Below, one piece after another: positions 30,501 through 45,130 of a DNA stretch of 64,000 nt. The position numbers were made by a program, and so were the translations under genes. The stretch is from positions 32,488,001 to 32,552,000 of the forward strand of contig OZ024741.1 in the NCBI GenBank assembly GCA_964016885.1, written 5' to 3'. This DNA comes from Eledone cirrhosa (lineage: Eukaryota). The notes under the pieces were generated by a model that ran no database searches, was not told the origin of the DNA, and was given only the letters and a program-made list of their open reading frames with translations. The number at the start of each line of letters is the position of its first letter. Positions within the stretch are counted from its first letter, which is position 1.

Positions 30501-32289
30501 ATGTAATATGCCTACATATCTCAGTTGTTATACAACATGGCTGTATAATATTTGTATTTATTCCAGATGTAATAAACCTACATGTCTCAGTTGTTATACA
30601 ACATGTCTGTATAATATCTGTATTTATTCCAGATGTAATAAGCCTACATATCTCAGTTGTTATATAACATGGCTGTATAATATTTGTATTTATTCCAGAT
30701 GTAATATGCCTACATATCTCAGTTGTTATACAACATGGCTGTATAATATTTGTATTTATTCCAGATGTAATAAGCCTACATATCTCAGTTGTTATGCAAC
30801 ATGGCTGTATAATATTTGTATTTATTCCAGATTTAATAAGCCTACATATCTCAGATGTTATACAACATGGCTGTATAATATTTGTATTTATTCCAGATGT
30901 AATAAGCCTACATTTCGCAGTTGTTATACAGCATGGCTGTATAATATTTGTATTTATTCCAGATGTAATAAGCCTACATATCTCAGATGTTATACAACAT
31001 GGCTGTATAATATTTGTATTTATTCCATATGTAATAAGCCTACATTTCGCAGTTGTTATACAGCATGGCTGTATAATATTTGTATTTATTCAAGATGTAA
31101 TAAGCCTACATATCTCAATTGTCATACAACATGGCTGTATAATATTTGTATTTATTCCAGATGTAATAAGCCTACATATCTCAGTTGTTATACAACATGG
31201 CTGTATAATATTTGTATTTATTCCAGATGTAATAAGCCTACATATCTCAGTTGTTATACAACATGGCTGTATAATATTTGTATTTATTCCAGATGTAATA
31301 AGCCTACATATCTCAGTTGTTATACAACATGGCTGTATAATATTTGTATTTATTGAAGATGTAATAAACCTACATATCTCAGATGTTATACAACATGGCT
31401 GTAGACTATTTGTATTTATTCCAGATGTAATAAACCTACATATCTCAGATGTTATACAACACGGCTGTATAATATTTGTATTTATTCCAGATGTAATAAG
31501 CCTACATATCTCAGATGTTATACAACATGGCTGTATAATATTTGTATTTATTCCAGATCTAATAAGCCTACATATCTCAGATTTTATACAACATGGCTGT
31601 ATAATATTTGTACTTATTGCAGATGTAATAAGCCTACATATCTCAGATGTTATACAACATGGCTGTATACTATTTCTATTTATTCCAGATGTAATAAGCC
31701 TACATATCTCAGATGTTATACAACATGGCTGTATAATATTTGTATTTATTCCAGATGTAATATGCCTACATATCTCAGTTGTTATACAACATGGCTGTAT
31801 AATATTTGTATTTATTCCAGATGTAATAAATCTACATATCTCAGTTGTTATACAACATGTCTGTATAATATTTGTATTTATTCCAGATGTAATATGCCTA
31901 CATATCTCAGTTTTTATACAACATGGCTGTATAATATTTGTATTTATTGCAGATGTAATAAGCCTACATACCTCAGTTGTTATACAACATGTCTGTATAA
32001 TATTTGTATTTATTCCAGATGTAATAAGCCTACATATCTCAGTTGTTATACAACATGGCTGTATACTATTTGTATTTATTCCAGATGTAATAAGCCTACA
32101 TATCTCAGTTGTTATACAACATGTCTGTATAATATTTGTATTTATTCCAGATGTAATATGCCTACATATCTCAGTTGTTATACAACATGGCTGTAAAATA
32201 TTTGTATTTATTCCAGATGTAATAAACCTACATATCTCAGTTGTTATACAACATGTCTGTATAATATCTGTATTTATTCCAGATGTAAT

Positions 32290-33220
32290 AAGCCTACATA
32301 TCTCAGTTGTTATACAACATGTCTGTATAATATCTGTATTTATTCCAGATGTAATAAGCCTACATATCTCAGATGTTATACAACATGGCTGTATAATTTT
32401 TTGTATTTATTCCATATGTAATAAGCCTACATTTCGCAGTTGTTATACAGCATGGCTGTATAATATTTGTATTTATTCAAGATGTAATAAGCCTACATAT
32501 CTCAAATGTCATACAACATGGCTGTATAATATTTGTATTTATTCCAGATGTAATAAGCCTACATATCTCAGTTGTTATACAACATGTCTGTATAATATTT
32601 GTATTTATTCCAGATGTAATAAGCCTAGATATCTCAGATGTCATACAACATGGCTGTAGACTATTTGTATTTATTCCAGATGTAATAAGCCTACATATCT
32701 CAGTTGTTATACAACATGTCTGTATAATATTTGTATTTATTCCAGATGTAATAAGCCTAGATATCTCAGATGTCATACAACATGGCTGTAGACTATCTGT
32801 ATTTATTCCAGATGTAATAAGCCTACATATCTCAGTTGTTATACAACATGTCTGTATAATATCTGTATTTATTCCAGATGTAATAAGCCTACATATCTCA
32901 GATGTTATACAACATGGCTGTATAATTTTTTGTATTTATTCCATATGTAATAAGCCTACATTTCGCAGTTGTTATACAGCATGGCTGTATAATATTTGTA
33001 TTTATTCAAGATGTAATAAGCCTACATATCTCAAATGTCATACAACATGGCTGTATAATATTTGTATTTATTCCAGATGTAATAAGCCTACATATCTCAG
33101 TTGTTATACAACATGTCTGTATAATATTTGTATTTATTCCAGATGTAATAAGCCTAGATATCTCAGATGTCATACAACATGGCTGTAGACTATTTGTATT
33201 TATTCCAGATGTAATAAGCC
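32290..33220 (+). repeat. 529-bp (8-monomer) local duplication with an internal 132-bp dimer repeat (copy at ~56390-57320)
   Basis: Two 67-bp monomers lie 529 bp apart (~32395, ~32924). CCTAGATATCTCAGATGTCATA...TGTAGACTA occurs at ~32624, ~32756 and ~33153. Confidence 0.85.
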
Positions 33221-36200
33221 TACATATCTCAGATGTTATACAACATGGCTGTATAATATTTGTATTTATTCCAGATGTAATAAGCCTACATATCTCAGAT
33301 GTTATACAACATGGCTGTATAATATTTGTATTTATTCCAGATCTAATAAGCCTACATATCTCAGTTTTTATACAACATGGCTGTATAATATTTGTACTTA
33401 TTGCAGATGTAATAAGCCTACATATCTCAGATGTTATACAACATGGCTGTATACTATTTGTATTTATTCCAGATGTAATAAGCCTACATATCTCAGATGT
33501 TATACAACATGGCTGAATAATTTTTGTATTTATTCCAGATGTAATATGCCTACATATCTCAGTTGTTATACAACATGGCTGTATAATATTTGTATTTATT
33601 CCAGATGTAATATGCCTACATATCTCAGTTGTTATACAACATGGCTGTATAATATTTGTATTTATTCCAGATGTAATAAGCCTACATATCTCAGTTGTTA
33701 TACAACATGGCTGTATAATATTTGTATTTATTCCAGATGTAATAAGCCTACATATCTCAGATGTTATACAACATGGCTGTATAATATTTGTATTTATTCC
33801 AGATGTAATAAGCCTACATTTCGCAGTTGTTATACAGCATGGCTGTATACTATTTGTATTTATTCCAGATGTAATAAGCCTACATATCTCAGATGTTATA
33901 CAACATGGCTGTATAATATTTGTATTTATTCCAGATGTAATAAGCCTACATTTCGCAGTTGTTATACAGCATGGCTGTATAATATTTGCATTTATTCAAG
34001 ATGTAATAAGCCTACATATCTCAATTGTCATACAACATGGCTGTATAATATTTGTATTTATTCCAGATGTAATAAGCCTACATATCTCAGATGTTATACA
34101 ACATGGCTGTATACTATTTGTATTTATTCCAGATGTAATAAGCCTACATATCTCAGATGTTATACAACATGGCTGTATAATATTTGTATTTATTCTAGAT
34201 TTAATAAGCCTACATATCTCAGATGTTATACAACATGGCTGTATCATATTTGTATTTATTCCAGATGTAATAAGCCTACATATCTCAGTTGTTATACAAC
34301 ATGGCTGTATAATATTTGTATTTATTGCAGATGTAATAAGCCTACATATCTCAGTTGTTATACAACATGGCTGTATAATATTTGTATTTATTCCAGATCT
34401 AATAAGCCTACATATCTCAGTTGTTATACAACATGGCTGTATAATATTTGTATTTATTCCAGATGTAATAAGCCTACATATCTCCGATGTTATACAACAT
34501 GGCTGTATACTATTTGTATTTATTCCAGATGTAATAAGCCTACATATCTCAGATGTTATACAACATGGCTGTATAATATTTGTATTTATTCCAGATGTAA
34601 TAAGCCTACATATCTCAGATGTTATACAACATGGCTGTATCATATTTGTTTTTATTCCAGATGTAATAAGCCTACATATCTCAGATGTTATACAGCATGG
34701 CTGTATACTATCTGTATTTATTCCAGATGTAATAAGCCTACATATCTCAGATGTTATACAACATGGCTGTATAATATTTGTATTTATTCCATATGTAATA
34801 AGCCTACATTTCGAAGTTGTTATACAGCATGGCTGTATAATATTTGTACTTATTCCAGATGTAATAAGCCTACATATCTCAGATGTTATACAACATGGCT
34901 GTATAATATTTGTATTTATTCCAGATGTAATAAGCCTACATATCTCAGATGTTATACAACATGGCTGTATCATATTTGTTTTTATTCCAGAATTAATAAG
35001 CCTACATATCCCAGATGTTATACAGCATGGCTGTATACTATTTGTATTTATTCCAGATGTAATAAGCCTACATATCTCAGATGTTATACAACATGGCTGT
35101 ATAATATTTGTATTTATTCTATATGTAATAAGCCTACATTTCGAAGTTGTTATACAGCATGGCTGTATAATATTTGTATTTATTCCAGATGTAATATGCC
35201 TACATATCTCAGTTGTTATACAACATGGCTGTATAATATTTGTATTTATTCCAGATGTAATAAATCTACATATCTCAGTTGTTATACAACATGTCTGTAT
35301 AATATTTGTATTTATTCCAGATGTAATAAGCCTACATATCTCAGTTGTTATACAACATGGCTGTATAATATTTGTATTTATTCCAGATGTAATATGCCTA
35401 CATATCTCAGTTGTTATACAACATGGCTGTATAATATTTGTATTTATTCCAGATGTAATAAGCCTACATATCTCAGTTGTTATACAACATGGCTGTATAA
35501 TATTTGTATTTATTCCAGATGTAATAAGCCTACATATCTCAGATGTTATACAACATGGCTGTATAATATTTGTATTTATTCTAGATGTAATAAGCCTACA
35601 TATCTCAGATGTTATACAACATGGCTGTATCATATTTGTATTTATTCCAGATGTAATAAGCCTACATATCTCAGTTGTTATACAACATGGCTGTATAATA
35701 TTTGTATTTATTGCAGATGTAATAAGCCTACATATCTCAGTTGTTATACAACATGGCTGTATAATATTTGTATTTATTCCAGATGTAATAAGCCTACATA
35801 TCTCAGTTGTTATACAACATGGCTGTATAATATTTGTATTTATTCCAGATGTAATAAGCCTACATATCTCAGTTTTTATACAACATGGCTGTATAATATT
35901 TGTAATTATTGCAGATGTAATAAGCCTACATATCTCAGTTGTTATACAACATGGCTGTATAATATTTGTATTTATTCCAGATGTACTAAGCCTACATATT
36001 TCAGTTGTTATACAACATGGCTGTATAATATTTGTATTTATTTCAGATGTAATAAGCCTACATATCTCAGATGTTATACAACATGGCTGTATACTATTTG
36101 TATTTATTCCAGATGTAATAAGCCTACATATCTCAGATGTTATACAACATGGCTGTATAATATTTGTATTTATTCCATATGTAATAAGCCTACATTTCGA

Positions 36201-39200
36201 AGTTGTTATACAGCATGGCTGTATAATATTTGTACTTATTCCAGATGTAATAAGCCTACATTTCTCAGATGTTATACAACATGGCTGTATAATATTTGTA
36301 TTTATTCCAGATGTAATAAGCCTACATATCTCAGATGTTATACAACATGGCTGTATCATATTTGTTTTTATTCCAGAATTAATAAGCCTACATATCTCAG
36401 ATGTTATACAGCATGGCTGTATACTATTTGTATTTATTCCAGATGTAATAAGCCTACATATCTCAGATGTTATACAACATGGCTGTATAATATTTGTATT
36501 TATTCTATATGTAATAAGCCTACATTTCGAAGTTGTTATACAGCATGGCTGTATAATATTTGTATTTATTCCAGATGTAATAAGCCTACATATCTCAGAT
36601 GTTATACAACATGGCTGTAGACTATTTGTATTTATTCCAGATGTAATAAACCTACATATCTCAGATGTTATACAACATGGCTGTATAATATTTGTATTTA
36701 TTCCAGATGTAATAAGCCTACATATCTCAGATGTTATACAACATGGCTGTATAATATTTGTATTTATTCCAGATCTAATAAGCCTACATATCTCAGATTT
36801 TATACAACATGGCTGTATAATATTTGTACTTATTGCAGATGTAATAAGCCTACATATCTCAGATGTTATACAACATGGCTGTATACTATTTCTATTTATT
36901 CAAGATGTAATAAGCCTACATATCTCAGATGTTATACAACATGGCTGTATAATATTTGTATTTATTCCAGATGTAATATGCCTACATATCTCAGTTGTTA
37001 TACAACATGGCTGTATAATATTTGTATTTATTCCAGATGTAATAAATCTACATATCTCAGTTGTTATACAACATGTCTGTATAATATTTGTATTTATTCC
37101 AGATGTAATAAGCCTACATATCTCAGTTGTTATACAACATGGCTGTATAATATTTGTATTTATTCCAGATGTAATATGCCTACATATCTCAGTTTTTATA
37201 CAACATGGCTGTATAATATTTGTATTTATTGCAGATGTAATAAGCCTACATATCTCAGTTGTTATACAACATGTCTGTATAATATTTGTATTTATTCTAG
37301 ATGTAATAAGCCTACATATCTCAGTTGTTATACAACATGGCTGTATAATATTTGTATTTATTCCAGATGTAATAAGCCTAGATATCTCAGTTGTTATACA
37401 ACATGTCTGTATAATATTTGTATTTATTCCAGATGTAATAAGCCTACATATCTCAGTTGTTATACAACATGGCTGTATAACATTTGTATTTATTCCAGAT
37501 GTAATATGCCTACATATCTCAGTTGTTATACAACATGGCTGTATAATATTTGTATTTATTCCAGATGTAATAAACCTACATATCTCAGTTGTTATACAAC
37601 ATGTCTGTATAATATCTGTATTTATTCCAGATGTAATAAGCCTACATATCTCAGTTGTTATACAACATGGCTGTATAATATTTGTATTTATTCCAGATGT
37701 AATATGCCTACATATCTCAGTTGTTATACAACATGGCTGTATAATATTTGTATTTATTCCAGATGTAATAAGCCTACATATCTCAGTTGTTATGCAACAT
37801 GGCTGTATAATATTTGTATTTATTCCAGATGTAATAAACCTACATATCCCAGATGTTATACAACATGGCTGTATAATATTTGTATTTATTCCAGATGTAA
37901 TAAGCCTACATTTCGCAGTTGTTATACAGCATGGCTGTATAATATTTGTATTTATTCCAGATGTAATAAGCCTACATATCTCAGATGTTATACAACATGG
38001 CTGTATAATTTTTTGTATTTATTCCATATGTAATAAGCCTACATTTCGCAGTTGTTATACAGCATGGCTGTATAATATTTGTATTTATTCAAGATGTAAT
38101 AAGCCTACATATCTCAAATGTCATACAACATGGCTGTATAATATTTGTATTTATTCCAGATGTAATAAGCCTACATATCTCAGTTGTTATACAACATGTC
38201 TGTATAATATTTGTATTTATTCCAGATGTAATAAGCCTACATATCTCAGTTGTTATACAACATGGCTGTATAATATTTGTATTTATTCCAGATGTAATAT
38301 GCCTACATATCTCAGTTGTTATACAACATGGCTGTAAAATATTTGTATTTATTCCAGATGTAATAAACCTACATGTCTCAGTTGTTATACAACATGTCTG
38401 TATAATATCTGTATTTATTCCAGATGTAATAAGCCTACATATCTCAGTTGTTATACAACATGGCTGTATAATATTTGTATTTATTCCAGATGTAATATGC
38501 CTACATATCTCAGTTGTTATACAACATGGCTGTATAATAGTTGTATTTATTCCAGATGTAATAAGCCTACATATCTCAGTTGTTATGCAACATGGCTGTA
38601 TAACATTTGTATTTATTCCAGATGTAATAAGCCTACATATCTCAGATGTTATACAACATGGCTGTATAATATTTGTATTTATTCCAGATGTAATAAGCCT
38701 ACATTTCGCAGTTGTTATACAGCATGGCTGTATAATATTTGTATTTATTCCAGATGTAATAAGCCTACATATCTCAGATGTTATACAACATGGCTGTATA
38801 ATATTTGTATTTATTCCATATGTAATAAGCCTACATTTCGCAGTTGTTATACAGCATGGCTGTATAATATTTGTATTTATTCAAGATGTAATAAGCCTAC
38901 ATATCTCAATTGTCATACAACATGGCTGTATAATATTTGTATTTATTCCAGATGTAATAAGCCTACATATCTCAGTTGTTATACAACATGGCTGTAGACT
39001 ATTTGTATTTATTCCAGATGTAATAAGCCTACATATCTCAGATGTTATACAACATGGCTGTATAATATTTGTATTTATTCCAGATGTAATAAGCCTACAT
39101 ATCTCAGATGTTATACAACATGGCTGTATAATATTTGTATTTATTCCAGATCTAATAAGCCTACATATCTCAGTTTTTATACAACATGGCTGTATAATAT

Positions 39201-42060
39201 TTGTACTTATTGCAGATGTAATAAGCCTACATATCTCAGATGTTATACAACATGGCTGTATACTATTTGTATTTATTCCAGATGTAATAAGCCTACATAT
39301 CTCAGATGTTATACAACATGGCTGTATAATATTTGTATTTATTCCAGATGTAATATGCCTACATATCTCAGTTGTTATACAACATGGCTGTATAATATTT
39401 GTATTTATTCCAGATGTAATAAGCCTACATATCTCAGTTGTTATACAACATGGCTGTATAATATTTGTATTTATTCCAGATGTAATAAGCCTACATATCT
39501 CAGTTTTTATACAACATGGCTGTATAATATTTGTAATTATTGCAGATGTAATAAGCCTACATATCTCAGATGTTATACAACATGGCTGTATAATATTTGT
39601 ATTTATTCCAGATGTAATAAGCCTACTTATCTCAGTTGTTATACAACATGGCTGTATAATATTTGTATTTATTCCAGATGTAATAAGCCTACATATCACA
39701 GATGTTATACAACATGGCTGTATACTATTTGTATTTATTCCAGATGTAATAAGCCTACAAATCTCAGATGTTATACAACATGGCTGTATAATATTTGTAT
39801 TTATTCCAGATGTAATAAGCCTACATATCTCAGATGTTATACAACATGGCTGTATCATATTTGTTTTTATTCCAGATGTAATAAGCCTACATATCTCAGA
39901 TGTTATACAACATGGCTGTATACTATCTGTATTTATTCCAGATGTAATAAGCCTACATATCTCAGATGTTATACAACATGGCTGTATAATATTTGTATTT
40001 ATTCCATATGTAATAAGCCTACATTTCGAAGTTGTTATACAGCATGGCTGTATAATATTTGTACTTATTCCAGATGTAATAAGCCTACATATCTCAGATG
40101 TTATACAGCATGGCTGTATAATATTTGTATTTATTCCAGATGTAATAAGCCTACATTTCGCAGTTGTTATACAGCATGGCTGCATAATATTTGCATTTAT
40201 TCAAGATGTAATAAGCCTACATATCTCAATTGTCATACAACATGGCTGTATAATATTTGTATTTATTCCAGATGTAATAAGCCTACATATCTCAGATGTT
40301 ATACAACATGGCTGTATACTATTTGTATTTATTCCAGATGTAATAAGCCTACATATCTCAGATGTTATACAACATGGCTGTATCATATTTGTTTTTATTC
40401 CAGAATTAATAAGCCTACATATCTCAGATGTTATACAACATGGCTGTATACTATTTGTATTTATTCCAGATGTAATAAGCCTACATATCTCAGATGTTAT
40501 ACAACATGGCTGTATAATATTTGTATTTATTCTATATGTAATAAGCCTACATTTCGAAGTTGTTATACAGCATGGCTGTATAATATTTGTATTTATTCCA
40601 GATGTAATAAGCCTACATATCTCAGATGTTATACAACATGGCTGTATAATATTTGTATTTATTCCAGATGTAATAAGCCTACATTTCGCAGTTGTTATAC
40701 AGCATGGCTGTATAATATTTGCATTTATTCAAGATGTAATAAGCCTACATATCTCAATTGTCATACAACATGGCTGTATAATATTTGTATTTATTCCAGA
40801 TGTAATAAGCCTACATATCTCAGATGTTATACATCATGGCTGTATACTATTTGTATTTATTCCAGATGTAATAAGCCTACATATCTCAGATCTTATACAA
40901 CATGGCTGTATCATATTTGTAATTATTCCAGATGTAATAAGCCTACATATCTCAGTTGTTATACAACATGGCTGTATAATATTTGTATTTATTGCAGATG
41001 TAATAAGCCTACATATCTCAGTTGTTATACAACATGGCTGTATAATATTTGTATTTATTCCAGATGTAATAAGCCTACATATCTCAGTTGTTATACAACA
41101 TGGCTGTATAATATTTGTATTTATTCCAGATGTAATAAGCCTACATATCTCAGTTTTTATGCAACATGGCTGTATAATATTTGTAATTATTGCAGATGTA
41201 ATAAGCCTACATATCTCAGTTGTTATACAACATGGCTGTATAATATTTGTATTTATTCCAGATGTAATAAGCCTACATATCTCAGTTGTTATACAACATG
41301 GCTGTATAATAGTTGTATTTATTCCAGATGTAATAAGCCTACATATCTCAGATGTTATACAACATGGCTGTATACTATTTGTATTTATTCCATATGTAAT
41401 AAGCCTACATATCTCAGATGTTATACAACATGGTTGTATGATATTTGTATTTATTCCAGATGTAATAAGCCTACATATCTCAGATGTTATACAACATGGC
41501 TGTATCATATTTGTTTTTATTCCAGATGTAATAAGCCTACATATCTCAGATGTTATACAACATGGCTGTATACTATCTGTATTTATTCCAGATGTAATAA
41601 GCCTACATATCTCAGATGTTATACAACATGGCTGTATAATATTTGTATTTATTCCAGATGTAATAAGCCTACATTTCGAAGTTGTTATACAGCATGGCTG
41701 TATAATATTTGTACTTATTCCAGATGTAATAAGCCTACATATCTCAGATGTTATACAACATGGCTGTATAATATTTGTATTTATTCCAGATGTAATAAGC
41801 CTACATATCTCAGATGTTATACAACATGGCTGTATCATATTTGTTTTTATTCCAGAATTAATAAGCCTACATATCTCAGATGTTATACAACATTGCTGTA
41901 TACTATTTGTATTTATTCCAGATGTAATAAGCCTACATATCTCAGATGTTATACAACATGGCTGTATAATATTTGTATTTAATCTATATGTAATAAGCCT
42001 ACATTTCGAAGTTGTTATACAGCATGGCTGTATAATATTTGTATTTATTCCAGATGTAAT

Positions 42061-43860
42061 AAGCCTACATATCTCAGATGTTATACAACATGGCTGTATC
42101 ATATTTGTAATTATTCCAGATGTAATAAGCCTACATATCTCAGTTGTTATACAACTTGGCTGTATAATATTTGTATTTATTGCAGATGTAATAAGCCTAC
42201 ATATCTCAGTTGTTATACAACATGGCTGTATAATATTTGTATTTATTCCAGATGTAATAAGCCTACATATCTCAGTTGTTATACAACATGGCTGTATAAT
42301 ATTTGTATTTATTCCAGATGTAATAAGCCTACATATCTCAGTTTTTATACAACATGGCTGTATAATATTTGTAATTATTGCAGATGTAATAAGCCTACAT
42401 AGCTCAGTTGTTATACAACATGGCTGTATAATATTTGTATTTATTCCAGATGTAATAAGCCTACATATCTCAGTTGTTATACAACATGGCTGTATAATAT
42501 TTGTATTTATTCCAGATGTAATAAGCCTACATATCTCAGATGTTATACAACATGGCTGTATAATATTTGTATTTATTCCAGATGTAATAAGCCTACATAT
42601 CTCAGATGTTATACAACATGGCTGTATCATATTTGTATTTATTCCAGATGTAATAAGCCTACATATCTCAGATGTTATACAACATGGCTGTATACTATTT
42701 GTATTTATTCCAGATGTAATAAGCCAACATATCTCAGATGTTATACAACATGGCTGTATCATATTTGAATTTATTCCAGATGTAATAAGCCTACATATCT
42801 CAGTTGTTATACAACATGGCTGTATAATATTTGTATTTATTGCAGATGTAATAAGCCTACATATCTCAGTTGTTATACAACATGGCTGTATAATATTTGT
42901 ATTTATTCCAGATGTAATAAGCCTACATATCTCAGTTGTTATACAACATGGCTGTATAATATTTGTATTTATTCCAGATGTAATAAGCCTACATATCTCA
43001 GTTTTTATACAACATGGCTGTATTATATTTGTAATTATTGCAGATGTAATAAGCCTACATATCTCAGGTGTTATACAACATGGCTGTATAATATTTGTAT
43101 TTATTCCAGATGTAATAAGCCTACATATCTCAGTTGTTATACAACATGGCTGTATAATATTTGTATTTATTCCAGATGTAATAAGCCTACATATCTCAGA
43201 TGTTATACAACATGGCTGTATAATATTTGTATTTATTCCAGATGTAATAAGCCTACATATCTCAGATGTTATACAACATGGCTGTATCATATTTGTATTT
43301 ATTCCAGATGTAATAAGCCTACATATCTCAGATGTTATACAACATGGCTGTATACTATTTGTATTTATTCCAGATGTAATAAGCCTACATATCTCAGATG
43401 TTATACAACATGGCTGTATCATATTTGAATTTATTCCAGATGTAATAAGCCTACATATCTCAGTTGTTATACAACATGGCTGTATAATATTTGTATTTAT
43501 TGCAGATGTAATAAGCCTACATATCTCAGTTGTTATACAACATGGCTGTATAATATTTGTATTTATTCCAGATGTAATAAGCCTACATATCTCAGTTGTT
43601 ATACAACATGGCTGTATAATATTTGTATTTATTCCAGATGTAATAAGCCTACATATCTCAGTTTTTATACAACATGGCTGTATAATATTTGTAATTATTG
43701 CAGATGTAATAAGCCTACATATCTCAGTTGTTATACAACATGTCTGTATAATATTTGTATTTATTCCAGATGTAATAAGCCTACATATCTCAGTTGTTAT
43801 ACAACATGGCTGTATAATATTTGTATTTATTCCAGATGTAATAAGCCTACATATCTCAGA
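42061..43860 (+). repeat. 660-bp (10-monomer) higher-order repeat, ~2.7 copies
   Basis: The blocks starting at 42061, 42721 and 43381 carry the same variant order: TATCAT, TTGCAG, GTTTTT+GTAATT+TTGCAG, TATCAT, TATACT. TTTGAAT is shared by copies 2 and 3 (~42764/~43424). Confidence 0.85.
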
Positions 43861-45130
43861 TGTTATACAACATGGCTGTACACTATTTGTATTTATTCCA
43901 GATGTAATAAGCCTACATATCTCAGATGTTATACAACATGGCTGTATAATATTTGTATTTATTCCAGATGTAATAAGCCTACATATCCCAGATGTTATAC
44001 AACATGGCTGTATAATATTTGTATTTATTCCAGATGTAATAAGCCTACATATCTCAGTTTTTATACAACATGGCTGTATAATATTTGTATTTATTGCAGA
44101 TGTAATAAGCCTACAAATCTCAGATGTTATACAACATGGCTGTATACTATTTGTATTTATTCCAGATGTAATAAGCCTACATATCTCAGATGTTATACAA
44201 CATGGCTGTATAATATTTGTATTTATTCCAGATGTAATAAGACTACATATCTCAGATGTTATACAACATGGCTGTATAATATTTGTATTTATTCCAGATG
44301 TAATAAGCCTACATATCTCAGTTTTTATACAACATGGCTGTATAATATTTGTAATTATTGCAGATGTAATAAGCCTACATATCTCAGTTGTTATACAACA
44401 TGGCTGTATAATATTTCTATTTATTCCAGATGTAATAAGCCTACATATCTCAGTTGTTATACAACATGGCTGTATAATATTTGTATTTATTCCAGATGTA
44501 ATAAGCCTACATATCTCAGATGTTATACAACATGGCTGTATACTATTTGTATTTATTCCAGATGTAATAAGCCTACATATCTCAGATGTTATACAACATG
44601 GTTGTATGATATTTGTATTTATTCCAGATGTAATAAGCCTACATATCTCAGATGTTATACAACATGGCTGTATCATATTTGTTTTTATTCCAGATGTAAT
44701 AAGCCTACATATCTCAGATGTTATACAACATGGCTGTATACTATCTGTATTTATTCCAGATGTAATAAGCCTACATATCTCAGATGTTATACAACATGGC
44801 TGTATAATATTTGTATTTATTCCAGATGTAATAAGCCTACATTTCGAAGTTGTTATACAGCATGGCTGTATAATATTTGTACTTATTCCAGATGTAATAA
44901 GCCTACATATCTCAGTTGTTATACAACATGGCTGTATAATATTTGTATTTATTCCAGATGTAATAAGCCTACATATCTCAGTTGTTATACAACATGGCTG
45001 TATAATATTTGTATTTATTCCAGATGTAATAAGCCTACATATCTCAGTTTTTATGCAACATGGCTGTATAATATTTGTAATTATTGCAGATGTAATAAGC
45101 CTACATATCTCAGTTGTTATACAACATGGC

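Larger units (their letters stand above)
20902..45130 (+). repeat. ~24.2 kb (367-monomer) segmental tandem duplication, copy 1
   Basis: Rare variants recur at a fixed offset: GTAGTAAG 21061/45290 (+24229), CTAAAAAG ~29248/~53345 and GGCTGAATAA ~33511/~57608 (+24097), TATCACAG ~39694/~63725 (+24031). The ORF track is duplicated too (21138/45367, 22937/47166, 30001/54098, 37792/61823). Confidence 0.93.
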
